A stretch of DNA of 64,000 nt from an uncultured Eubacteriales bacterium. GTDB lineage: Bacteria; Acidobacteriota; Aminicenantia; Aminicenantales; Saccharicenantaceae. The DNA is taken from assembly GCA_964574895.1 (NCBI GenBank), contig CAZNPB010000004.1:11468-75467 (forward strand). Reading direction: 5' to 3'. Below the pieces are notes generated by a model, which was not told where the DNA came from, searched no databases, and saw only the letters and a program-made list of their open reading frames with translations. Of this stretch, positions 15,077 through 23,631 are shown piece after piece. Position numbers and translations under genes: made by a program. The stretch's first letter is position 1, and each line of letters opens with the position of its first letter.

Positions 15077-15255
15077 TCTTCGAGAGCCACCTCCTGTCGA
15101 TGGTCGTCTACGCGGCCTTCGTCTCCCTCGTCCTGGCCCTCGTCCGCCGGCCGGACCCGAAGAGCCGCCTCAAGTACGGCCTGGTCATGTTCGCCGTCAT
15201 GACCGCCGGCGCCCTGGCCTTCGGCTGGCTGATGTTCCTGTTCATCAAGAAATAG
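15073..15255 (+). CDS. small membrane protein (60 aa)
   Basis: ORF track. ATGA overlap with the upstream gene. Two hydrophobic helices. Confidence 0.5.
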   Translation: MIFESHLLSMVVYAAFVSLVLALVRRPDPKSRLKYGLVMFAVMTAGALAFGWLMFLFIKK

Positions 15256-15298
15256 CCGGACGCCCCGCGGCGCGCCGGCCGGCGGGGACGCCACGACC

Positions 15299-15967
15299 AT
15301 GATCGAGCTCTTTCACATCTGGAAGCAGTACCAGAAGCCGTACTGGGCCCTGTCGGACGTCTCCCTCAAGATCGGCGACGGCGCCTTCTATTTCGTCACC
15401 GGGCCGAGCGGCTCGGGAAAGACGACGCTCCTCAAGACGGTCTTCCGCGAGATCCTGCCGACCGAAGGGCAGATCCTGATCAACGGCGTCAACATCCTCA
15501 AGGTCCCCGACCACCGCATCTACACCCTGCGCCGGACCATGGGCATCGTCTTCCAGGATTTCCGGCTGATGTTCCACCGGTCCGTGTTCGACAATGTCGC
15601 CGTGCCCCTCCAGGTCGTCGGCGTCGGGCGCAAGGAGATCCGGCGGCGGGTCTTCGCCACCCTCCAGAAGGTCAACCTGCACCAGAAGATGTGGGAGCTG
15701 CCGGGCCGGCTGTCCTACGGCGAGCAGCAGCGGGTGGCCATCGCCCGGGCCATCGTCAACAACCCCGAGATCATCCTGGCCGACGAGCCGACCGGCAACC
15801 TCGACCCCGAGCTGGCCTTCGAGATCGTCACGCTGTTCAAGGAGATCAACAAGCAGGGGGCCACGGTCATCATCGGCAGCCACGACCGCGAGCTCATCCG
15901 CCACTTCGGCGACAACATCCTCTTCCTCCAGAAGGGCAAGATCGTCGGCCAGGAAGCGCACGCGTGA
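15299..15967 (+). CDS. ftsE: cell-division ABC transporter ATP-binding protein FtsE
   Basis: 222 aa. Walker A GPSGSGKTT, signature LSYGEQQR, Walker B ILADEPTGNLD. Confidence 0.9.
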   Translation: MIELFHIWKQYQKPYWALSDVSLKIGDGAFYFVTGPSGSGKTTLLKTVFREILPTEGQILINGVNILKVPDHRIYTLRRTMGIVFQDFRLMFHRSVFDNVAVPLQVVGVGRKEIRRRVFATLQKVNLHQKMWELPGRLSYGEQQRVAIARAIVNNPEIILADEPTGNLDPELAFEIVTLFKEINKQGATVIIGSHDRELIRHFGDNILFLQKGKIVGQEAHA

Positions 15968-16860
15968 TCGAGAAGCTGAAGTTCTTCCTCAAGGTCACGG
16001 GCAACAACCTGTGGCAGTTCCGGACCCGCAACCTCTTCTCGGTGACCATCATCTGCCTGTCGTTCCTGACGGTCGGCATCTTCCTGTCGCTGGCCAACAA
16101 CCTCCGGGCCACGGCCCGGGACCTGGCCCGCAACATGAACGTGGTCTTCTATCTCGACCCGGGCCTGGCGGCCGAGGCCGTGGAGACCCTGCGGCAGGAG
16201 GTCGCCCGGCCGGCCTTCGTCGAGGGCGTCGTCCTGGTCACGCCGGACCAGGCCCTGGAGCGGTTCCGGACGAGCTTCCCGGACCTGGCCGACGTCGTGA
16301 CCGGGCTCAAGGGCAATCCCTTCCCGCCCGCGCTCGAGTTGCGCGTCAACGCCAGGGCTTCGGCCTCCAAGGAGGTCCTGGTTTTCGTCGAGGCCATGAA
16401 GAAGCGGCCCGGCGTCACCGACGTCCTCTTCAACCAGGACTGGGTCGAGAAGATGCAGGGCTTCAGCCGCCTGGCCGGGGCGGTTGGGGCCTTCCTGGGC
16501 GGCATCCTGATCCTGACCTCGTTCTTCATCATCTCCAACGTCGTCAAGCTGAACGTCTTCGCCCGCAAGAACGAGATCGAGATCCTGCGGATGGTCGGCG
16601 GCACGAACCTGTTCATCCGCATCCCCTTCTGGCTCGAGGGCGTCACCCTGGGGCTCCTGGGCAGCCTCCTGTCCCTGGCCCTCCTGTTCGTCGTCATCCG
16701 GCTGTTCCCGGTCTACCTGGGCGCGTCGCTCGGCGCGCTGCAGGAGCTGCTCAAGTTCCGCTACCCCGATCTGAACCAGGCCCTGCTCCTCCTCGGCGGC
16801 GGCGCCGCGACCGGCTTCATCGGCAGCGCCACGTCCGTGTCGAAGTTCCTAAAAATCTAG
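15964..16860 (+). CDS. ftsX: cell-division permease-like protein FtsX
   Basis: GTG 15964 overlaps the ftsE stop (GTGA). 298 aa. TM1, periplasmic domain and three C-terminal TM helices. Follows ftsE. Confidence 0.85.
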   Translation: MIEKLKFFLKVTGNNLWQFRTRNLFSVTIICLSFLTVGIFLSLANNLRATARDLARNMNVVFYLDPGLAAEAVETLRQEVARPAFVEGVVLVTPDQALERFRTSFPDLADVVTGLKGNPFPPALELRVNARASASKEVLVFVEAMKKRPGVTDVLFNQDWVEKMQGFSRLAGAVGAFLGGILILTSFFIISNVVKLNVFARKNEIEILRMVGGTNLFIRIPFWLEGVTLGLLGSLLSLALLFVVIRLFPVYLGASLGALQELLKFRYPDLNQALLLLGGGAATGFIGSATSVSKFLKI

Positions 16861-16877
16861 GAGACGTCCTTATTTTT

Positions 16878-17076
16878 GGGGTTCTTCTCCCATTATGGGG
16901 GATTCCCTCTCGTGGCGGCGATGGGCGTTGCCTCGAAGGTCCCCGTGGCTGGAGAGGGGGGCCCGCGCAGCGGGGGGGAACCGTGCAAACTGGTTCCCAG
17001 GGGGGCCGGGGACCCAGAGGCAAGGCCCTGAGCAAAGCCAAAGAGAGGGGTCCTCCAATAATCGGGAGAAGAAGCC
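16878..17076. other. about 200-nt nested imperfect hairpin: candidate 6S-like ncRNA or MITE
   Basis: Outer stem 16878-16911 / 17043-17076. Internal bubble 16912-16926 and 17026-17042. Inner stem 16927-16949 / 17005-17025. Apical hairpin GGGAACC...GGTTCCC at 16976-16998. Confidence 0.45.
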
Positions 17077-17107
17077 TTACTTTCTCAGGCATGGGGCGAA
17101 GGTCGGT

Positions 17108-17136
17108 TTGACCCGATCCGGATTTTGGCCTAGAAT
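17108..17136 (+). promoter_or_regulatory. rodZ promoter (TTGACC-17-TAGAAT), near-leaderless
   Basis: TTGACC 17108-17113, TAGAAT 17131-17136. The ATG is at 17145, only 8 nt after the -10, with no SD. Confidence 0.6.
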
Positions 17137-17144
17137 CGGGGCCG

Positions 17145-18173
17145 ATGGCATCCCTTGGTCAGTCTCTCAAGGACCAGCGCGAGGCGCGCAACATCTCCCT
17201 CGAGGAGATCGCCTCCGCCACCAAGATCGTCCCCCGCTACCTCGAAGCGCTCGAGGCCGACCGCCTGAACGCCATGCCCGGCGGCTTTTTCATCAAGGGC
17301 ATCATCCGCAGCTACGCCCAGGCCGTCGGGCTCGACCCCGATGAGCTCCTGGGCCGCTACCGCGAGGCCGGACTCCTCTCCGAACCCGACCATGTCCATC
17401 CGGGCGCCGGGCGCCGGACCGCCAAGCCGGACGCCGCCCCCGAGCCTTCCGCCGCGGACCTCTTCCCCGCCGGGCCGCCGGCCGGGCCGGCCGGCGAAAC
17501 CGAGCCGCCCCTCCTGTTCGCGGAAGCGCCCAAGCCCCGGCTTTCTCCGGCCGCCCGCCGCCGCATCTTCGCCGTCGCCTGGCGGCTGGTGGCGGCCGTC
17601 GCCATCATCGCCGCCCTGATCGCCATCTGGTCGAATCGGGCCCGGCGCCGGCCCGAGCTCAAACCCGAGGACGTCCAGACCCAGGTCATCTATCCCGCGC
17701 CCAGGACCTCGGGCCCGGGCGCCTCGGCTCCTGCGGGCGCGGTCCCGCCGGGTTCCGAACAGGCCCGGGCCGACGGCTCCGTCCCGACGGCTTCCCCGGC
17801 GGCGCCGGCCCCGTCCCCCGGACCCGACGCGCTGTCTCAGGCCAAGCCCGAGCCGCCGCCCGCCGCCGTCGAGGAGGCCCCGGCCGGGATCGTGATCGAG
17901 ATCGCGTTCGAGGCCGAGACCTGGATCCACGTCCGGACCGACGGCCAGCCCAAGATCGACGGCGTCTTCCCCGCCGGCGCCACGGCCACGGCCCGGGCGG
18001 ACCGCGTCCTGCTCATCCATACGGGCAACGCCGGCGGCTTCTCGTTCCGCCTGAACGGCCGCCCGGCCAAGCGGCTCGGCCGGTCCGGACAGGTCCTGAC
18101 GGACGTCAAGATCACGCCGGAGAACCTGCGGGATTTCCTCGAGCCGCCGTCCTCCGGCCCGGCGACGGGCTGA
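17145..18173 (+). CDS. rodZ: RodZ-like cytoskeleton protein (HTH, Pro/Ala-rich linker, TM, DUF4115-like C-domain)
   Basis: 342 aa. N-terminal HTH: SLGQSLKDQREARNISLEEIASATKIVPRYLEALE. Confidence 0.75.
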   Translation: MASLGQSLKDQREARNISLEEIASATKIVPRYLEALEADRLNAMPGGFFIKGIIRSYAQAVGLDPDELLGRYREAGLLSEPDHVHPGAGRRTAKPDAAPEPSAADLFPAGPPAGPAGETEPPLLFAEAPKPRLSPAARRRIFAVAWRLVAAVAIIAALIAIWSNRARRRPELKPEDVQTQVIYPAPRTSGPGASAPAGAVPPGSEQARADGSVPTASPAAPAPSPGPDALSQAKPEPPPAAVEEAPAGIVIEIAFEAETWIHVRTDGQPKIDGVFPAGATATARADRVLLIHTGNAGGFSFRLNGRPAKRLGRSGQVLTDVKITPENLRDFLEPPSSGPATG

Positions 18174-18206
18174 CGCCCCGCCCCATGCCGTCGAGCGCCT
18201 GAAGCC

Positions 18207-18947
18207 ATGCCCACCGACCAGGCGGAAGCCATCGTCCTGCGGACGTCGTCGATCGGCGACCAGGACAAGCTGGCCGTCTTCTTCTGCCGCGACAAGGGCA
18301 TCCTCCGCGGCGTGGCCAAGGGGGCCCGCAAGTTCGGCAACCGCTTCGGCAGCAGCCTCGAGCCGATGTCCTACGTCCGCGTCTTCTATTACGAGAAGGA
18401 GCGGCGCGACCTGATCACCGTCTCCGGCTGCGATCTGCTGGAATCGTTCTTCGAGGTCCAGACCGTGCCCGAGACGGCCTTCCTGCTGACCTATTGCGCC
18501 GAATTGGTCGAGGAGTTCGCGCCGACGCGGGCCCGCGAGGACGTCTTGTTCCGGCTCCTCCTGTCCGTCCTTCGCTGCCTCAAGGGCGGCGGCGACCGGG
18601 AATTCTCGGGGGCCTACTTCGAGGCCTGGTTCCTCCAGGCCAACGGGCTCCTGCCCGACCTGGCCTCGTGCCGGCGCTGCCGCAAGCCCCTGGCCGCGGG
18701 CGGCTGGCTGGGCCCCAAGAAGGACGGCTCGTACTGTCCCGACTGCGCCCCGCTCCAGAAAGAGCCCTTGCCGCCGGGGATGTCCGAGTTCCTCCTCTGG
18801 GTCCGCAAGAACCCGCCCCTGGCGGGGGGCTGCCAGGCGCCCTTCCCGGCGGACCGGACGGCCGCCTTCCGCCGGGCCCTCCAGGCCCTCATCGTCTACC
18901 ACATGGAGCGCGAGCCGCGGAGCCTGCATTTCCTCAAGACGAAGTGA
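18207..18947 (+). CDS. recO: DNA repair protein RecO
   Basis: 246 aa. N-terminal OB-fold pattern EAIVLRTSSIGDQDKLAVFF. Cys4 zinc motif CRRC...CPDC. Confidence 0.85.
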   Translation: MPTDQAEAIVLRTSSIGDQDKLAVFFCRDKGILRGVAKGARKFGNRFGSSLEPMSYVRVFYYEKERRDLITVSGCDLLESFFEVQTVPETAFLLTYCAELVEEFAPTRAREDVLFRLLLSVLRCLKGGGDREFSGAYFEAWFLQANGLLPDLASCRRCRKPLAAGGWLGPKKDGSYCPDCAPLQKEPLPPGMSEFLLWVRKNPPLAGGCQAPFPADRTAAFRRALQALIVYHMEREPRSLHFLKTK

Positions 18948-18955
18948 ACCCGATT

Positions 18956-18964
18956 TGTTATAAT
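18956..18964 (+). promoter_or_regulatory. extended -10 (TGTTATAAT) upstream of the barrel gene
   Basis: Perfect TATAAT with a TGn extension. No good -35. Confidence 0.4.
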
Positions 18965-19032
18965 GGGTGGAACAAAAATGGCCAAGACCGTGTTTTCATG
19001 AGTACCGTTCCGGAACGACAGAGGAGGTCCGT

Positions 19033-22000
19033 TTGAGAAAAGTCGCGGTGGCGCTGTCGATCCTCCTGCTTTCGTTCTCCCTGTCGGCCCAGGTCCGGAC
19101 GGGCCTCATCCAGGGGAAAACCGTGGCCAAGGACGGCGCGCCCCTGGCCGGCGTCAAGGTCACCCTGTCGCGGCCCCTTTCCGCCGACCGGACGCTGACC
19201 ACCGGACCGGACGGCGTTTTCCGCTTCCAGGCCCTCGATCCCGCCGGCGACTACGCCCTCAAGGCCGAGCGGGGCGATCTCAAGACCGCCGTCCGCCCGG
19301 GGCTTCTCGTCGAGACCGGCGGCCGCCGCTCTCTCGACCTGGTCCTCGAGCCGGGCAAGCCCGAGGAAACGGCCAGCCTGACCGTCCCGGCGCCGGCCGT
19401 CGACCGGGCCCGCTTCGGCCGCGGCGCCTCGTTCGGCGCCGCCGAGCTCCAGATCCTACCCACCGCCCGGGACCCCTGGGCCGTCATCCGGCTCGTGCCG
19501 GGCACCCTCCTCGACCGCGAGGACGTCGGCGGCAGCGAAGCGGGCCAGCAGGCGCGGGTCCTGGCCAAGGGGGACAAGACCAACGGGGCCGCCAATACCT
19601 GGACGGTCGACGGCATCGACGTCACCAGGCCGGACGGCCTCGGACTCTCGGCCATCCCCTACGATTTCGACGCCATCGACGCCATCACCGTCACGACCGG
19701 GGGCGCGGTCGACGTCGGTCAGCAGACCGGCGGCGTGGCCGTCGACATCCGGACCCGCCGCCCCGGCAACAAGGTGGCCGGCAGCGTCCGCTTCTTCCTC
19801 ACCGGCGACGCCTTCCAGGCCGACAATATGACGAGCGACCTGCGGTCCGCGGGGGTCGCCAATATCAACAAGATCCAGCAGCTGCGGGACTACGGCGCCA
19901 GCGTCGGCGGCCCCCTGTTCAAGAACCGGCTCTGGCTCTGGGCCGGCTTCGGGATCCGGGACCTGTTCGCCTATACCCTCTACGGCACCCCGGACCGGGC
20001 CCAGTTCCACGATTACAGCCTCAAGCTCGCCGCCGAGCTCCTTCCCGGCAACCGCTTCGAGGTCCTGATGACCACGAGCCAGGAGGAGCGCTTCGGCCTC
20101 AACGCCGGCGTCGACAAGCCGGAAGGCGACCACCTGCGGGGCCGGGCCCGTCTGGGCAACCCCATCTTCAAGCTGCAGGACGAGCAGGTCCTGGGCCGCG
20201 ACCTTTACCTCTCGGCGAAATTCACCTGGGCCACAACGGGGGCCGCGACCAAGCCCATGATCGACGAGGACATGACCAACCCCGTCGTCTGGGACGTCGC
20301 CAACGGGCTCTACGTCCCGTTCTCCTCGGCCTACGGCCGGTCCTGGGACTACAGCGTCGTCAAGCGGGACCGCAAGGACGCCCAGATCGACCTGCGGTTC
20401 TACAAGGACGGCCTGCTCGGCCTGAGCCACGAGTTCAGGGTCGGGTTCGCCAATATCGACAAGTCCGTCTCCGCCGTCTCGGGCTATCCCCAGAACTACG
20501 AGGTCCGGCGCAACTTCGACCAGCCCCTCATCGACCTCGGCGAAGGCCTGGTCGTCCCGCCGGCGGCGTGGCAGCGCTTCATCATCAACCGCGAGAACGT
20601 GGATGTCGGCGCGCTGGGGCAATCCTCCTTCTACCTGCAGGACGCCGTCGCCAAGGGGCGCTGGACGATCCAGCTGGGCCTGCGCTATGACCACCAGAAC
20701 CCGACGCTGGGGGCCATGGGCGTGTCCTCCATCCTCTCGAGCTGGACGAACGTCTTCAACCAAACCCTGATGACCTCCCTGCTCAACGCCCTGCCGGCCC
20801 TGAACGTCCAGCCCTTCGACCCGAAGTACGAGTGGAGCACCTGGTCCCCCCGCCTCGGATTGAGCTGGGACCTGAAAGGCGACGGCCGGACGGTGCTCAA
20901 GCTGACCCTGGCCCAGTACGGCGACCTGATGGCCGCCGGGGCCAACGTCACCCGGCCCCTCGGGCTGACGGGCGGGCTGGGGTTCTGGTGGAAGGACGGC
21001 GACGCCGACGGCCTGGTGGACCCCGAGGAGGCCTATTGGCAGTACTCGGCGGCCCACGCCGAGACGCCGAACCAGCTTTACGCCATCTACGACGGCAACG
21101 GCGCCTTGACCACGGCGGCCTCGGCCGCGCTGGCCGGAGGGTTCGAGAGCGACGCCTATCTGGGCGGGAACTTCTGGGGCTACGATTGGACCCACAAGGA
21201 AGCCGTCAGCTACGACAACCTGACGACCTTCTATCGCAGCGACGTCGATCCCGGCGCCAAGAACGTCAAGACCTCGCCCCGCACCCGCGAGGTCACCCTG
21301 TCGCTCGAAAAAGAGCTCCGCCCGGACCTGGCCGCGTCGGTCACGGCCACCTTCCGGCGGTCCGACCGTTTCGACTGGGCCAAGCTGTTCTACCCAGCCG
21401 ACCTCTACCCTTCGACGCCCGACCTGGTCATCGACGAGACGGGGGCCTGGTACGCCGCCGCCGGCACGATCCCGGAGACGATCGACGTCGGCGACGAGAC
21501 CCTCGCCATGGGGGACGCCGCCGGACGGACCTGGTATCTGCCGACCTCCACGTTCCCCGGCGACACGCCCTACCGCATGGTCGACAAGAGCGCGGGCTAC
21601 CGGGACTACTTTGGCCTGGACCTGGCGCTGACCAAGCGCCTGTCCCACAACTGGTTCATGAACGGCTCCGTCACCCTGCAGGACCAGCGGACCCACTGGG
21701 GAGGGTCGTTCGTCGACCCCACCAACCAATGGGCCATCGACGGCCGGCCCTACGGCAACTGGTCTCCCTCCTTCAACGGCAAGGTCCCGGCGCAGATGTA
21801 CGCCCGTTGGATGGCCAAGGTCAGCGCCCTGTACCAGCTGCCCCTCGGCCTCGACGTCTCGGCCACCCTGGTCGCCCGCGAAGGCTGGAAGATCCCCCAC
21901 TACATCACCTTCGCCTACGAGAACGCCGAGAGCTGGCCGGGTCTCTACCGGGCCAACACGGTCTACCTGCAGGCGGCCACCAAGGACAGCCTGCCGAATA

Positions 22001-22236
22001 TGATGAACCTCAGCTTCCGCCTGGAGAAGAAGTTCACCATCGGCTCGACCCGGATGTGGATCATGGCCGACGTCTTCAACCTGCTCAACGCCGATACGGT
22101 CAACCGGGCCACGGACGCGGACTTCGGGGTCTATTACGTCGACACGGAACGCTACGTGGCCAGCCCCTACAACCGGATTTCCAACGAGATCCTCAACCCG
22201 CGGATCATCCGGTTCGGGGTGCGCTTCGAGTTCTAG
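19033..22236 (+). CDS. CarboxypepD_reg-domain / TonB-dependent-receptor-like outer-membrane barrel
   Basis: ORF track 18967..22236, trimmed to TTG 19033 (SD GGAGG 5 nt upstream). Signal peptide. N-terminal GKTVAKDGAPLAGVKVTL domain. C-terminal ...RIIRFGVRFEF. Confidence 0.85.
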   Translation: MRKVAVALSILLLSFSLSAQVRTGLIQGKTVAKDGAPLAGVKVTLSRPLSADRTLTTGPDGVFRFQALDPAGDYALKAERGDLKTAVRPGLLVETGGRRSLDLVLEPGKPEETASLTVPAPAVDRARFGRGASFGAAELQILPTARDPWAVIRLVPGTLLDREDVGGSEAGQQARVLAKGDKTNGAANTWTVDGIDVTRPDGLGLSAIPYDFDAIDAITVTTGGAVDVGQQTGGVAVDIRTRRPGNKVAGSVRFFLTGDAFQADNMTSDLRSAGVANINKIQQLRDYGASVGGPLFKNRLWLWAGFGIRDLFAYTLYGTPDRAQFHDYSLKLAAELLPGNRFEVLMTTSQEERFGLNAGVDKPEGDHLRGRARLGNPIFKLQDEQVLGRDLYLSAKFTWATTGAATKPMIDEDMTNPVVWDVANGLYVPFSSAYGRSWDYSVVKRDRKDAQIDLRFYKDGLLGLSHEFRVGFANIDKSVSAVSGYPQNYEVRRNFDQPLIDLGEGLVVPPAAWQRFIINRENVDVGALGQSSFYLQDAVAKGRWTIQLGLRYDHQNPTLGAMGVSSILSSWTNVFNQTLMTSLLNALPALNVQPFDPKYEWSTWSPRLGLSWDLKGDGRTVLKLTLAQYGDLMAAGANVTRPLGLTGGLGFWWKDGDADGLVDPEEAYWQYSAAHAETPNQLYAIYDGNGALTTAASAALAGGFESDAYLGGNFWGYDWTHKEAVSYDNLTTFYRSDVDPGAKNVKTSPRTREVTLSLEKELRPDLAASVTATFRRSDRFDWAKLFYPADLYPSTPDLVIDETGAWYAAAGTIPETIDVGDETLAMGDAAGRTWYLPTSTFPGDTPYRMVDKSAGYRDYFGLDLALTKRLSHNWFMNGSVTLQDQRTHWGGSFVDPTNQWAIDGRPYGNWSPSFNGKVPAQMYARWMAKVSALYQLPLGLDVSATLVAREGWKIPHYITFAYENAESWPGLYRANTVYLQAATKDSLPNMMNLSFRLEKKFTIGSTRMWIMADVFNLLNADTVNRATDADFGVYYVDTERYVASPYNRISNEILNPRIIRFGVRFEF

Positions 22237-23631
22237 TTATTTCTTGATGGTCGAGATAAATTCCTCGACCTCGGGGATGCCGCCCTGGAAGATGAGGTAG
22301 CCGTTCTCCGGCTCCCGCTCCGTGATCTCCCCGGCGACGGGCGTCAGCATGATCCGGCGCACCTCTTCGGGGTCCGCCGTCTTCCCCAGGGCCCAGGCCA
22401 GCTTGACGTAGGCGACCTCGGGCAGCATGTTGGCCGCCGGGACGACCCCCAGCTCCATCATGTCGCGGCCCGTGTCGTAGACGTACATCTGGACGTAGCC
22501 CCAAAGCGTCTGGACGGTCATGAAGACGGTCACCCCCCTGTCCCGGGCCCGCTTCAGGGCGGGATAGAGGGGCTTGTTGACGTGGCCGAGGCCGGTCCCG
22601 GCGATGACGATGCCGCGGTAGCCGTTGTCGACGAGCGAGTCGATGATGTCCGGCTTCATGTTGGGATAATAGTAGACGATGGAGACGCGCTCGTCGAACG
22701 AGGTGTCGATCCGGACGTTCCGGTCGTCGCGGCGGCGCTTGTAGTCGTGGCGCAGCGGCGTGATCTTCTCCCGGCTGACCATGGCGATGGGGATGTCGCC
22801 GATCGTCCGGAAGGTCGAACGGTAGCTCGAGTGCATCTTGCGGACGCGCGTGCCGCGGTGCAGCAGCCCGTAGGTGTCCGAGGTCGGCCCGAACATGCAG
22901 ACCATGACCTCGGCGATGTCGCTCTCGGCCGCCGTCTTGACGCTGTGCATGAGATTGAGCGCGGCGTCGGAGGAGGGCCGGTCCGAGGAGCGCTGGGAGC
23001 CGACCATGACGATGGGCACGGGCGGGTCCTGGACCATGAACGACAGGATGGCCGCGGTGTGGTGCATGGTGTCCGTGCCGTGGCCGATGACGATGCCCCG
23101 GACGCCCTTTTCGATCTCCCGCCCGATGGCCCGGGCCGTGGCGATGTACTGCTCGGGCCCCATGTTCTCGCTGAAGACGCCGAACAGCTTCTCGGTCTCC
23201 AGGTTGCAGATGTCGGCCAGCTCGGGCACCGAGCCGTACAGCTCGCCCGGCGAGAAGGCCGGGATGACGGCGCCGGTCCGGTAGTCCAGGCGGCTGGCGA
23301 TCGTGCCGCCCGTGCCCAGGAGCTTGACCTTGGGCTTGGCCGGGTCGAAGGGGAACTCCTTCTCGGGGATCTTGTAATGGGCTTCCTTGCGGCCGGCGAT
23401 GGCGACGGCCTCGATCGAGCGGGCCGCCAGGCCGATGTTGTAGCCCGAGCGGAGCTTGAGGACGATGTAGTGGGGATCGGCCGTCTCGGAGCGGGGCAGG
23501 ATGATGCCGGTGTAGGCGCCGTGGGAGGTCTTGATCTCCACGTCGCTCCAGACCAGGGCCCCGAAATTCTTCAGGGTGGCCAGGGCCTCGCCCCGGTAGC
23601 CCTTGTAATCGTCGTTCCCGGCCATCAGCAT
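22237..23631 (-). CDS. gatD: Glu-tRNA(Gln) amidotransferase subunit D, archaeal type (asparaginase-like)
   Basis: 464 aa. IVLKLRSGYNIG, LGTGGTIAS, HGTDTM, SDRPSSDA and GTGLGH blocks collinear with my recalled archaeal GatD sequence. ATGCTGA overlap with gatE. Confidence 0.85.
   Translation of the reverse strand: MLMAGNDDYKGYRGEALATLKNFGALVWSDVEIKTSHGAYTGIILPRSETADPHYIVLKLRSGYNIGLAARSIEAVAIAGRKEAHYKIPEKEFPFDPAKPKVKLLGTGGTIASRLDYRTGAVIPAFSPGELYGSVPELADICNLETEKLFGVFSENMGPEQYIATARAIGREIEKGVRGIVIGHGTDTMHHTAAILSFMVQDPPVPIVMVGSQRSSDRPSSDAALNLMHSVKTAAESDIAEVMVCMFGPTSDTYGLLHRGTRVRKMHSSYRSTFRTIGDIPIAMVSREKITPLRHDYKRRRDDRNVRIDTSFDERVSIVYYYPNMKPDIIDSLVDNGYRGIVIAGTGLGHVNKPLYPALKRARDRGVTVFMTVQTLWGYVQMYVYDTGRDMMELGVVPAANMLPEVAYVKLAWALGKTADPEEVRRIMLTPVAGEITEREPENGYLIFQGGIPEVEEFISTIKK

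Noticed and set aside
17105-17114. Solo GGTTTGACCC strings at 17105-17114 and 56527-56537, considered as remnants of family-1 elements.
   Set aside because: Only about 10 nt match. Each sits exactly 17 nt upstream of a good -10 hexamer, so they are more simply explained as -35 boxes. The similarity to the repeat termini is discussed as a finding instead.
19456-21900. 814-aa minus-strand ORF. The same class includes 4005..5759, 6366..7979, 8737..9777, 17130..18929, 25692..27785, 34705..35949, 37282..39108, 47762..49099 and 50848..51978.
   Set aside because: All lie antisense or out of frame to genes with recognisable motifs. Their products are Arg/Gly/Pro/Asp/Val-rich with no domains. I treat them as GC-driven artefacts.
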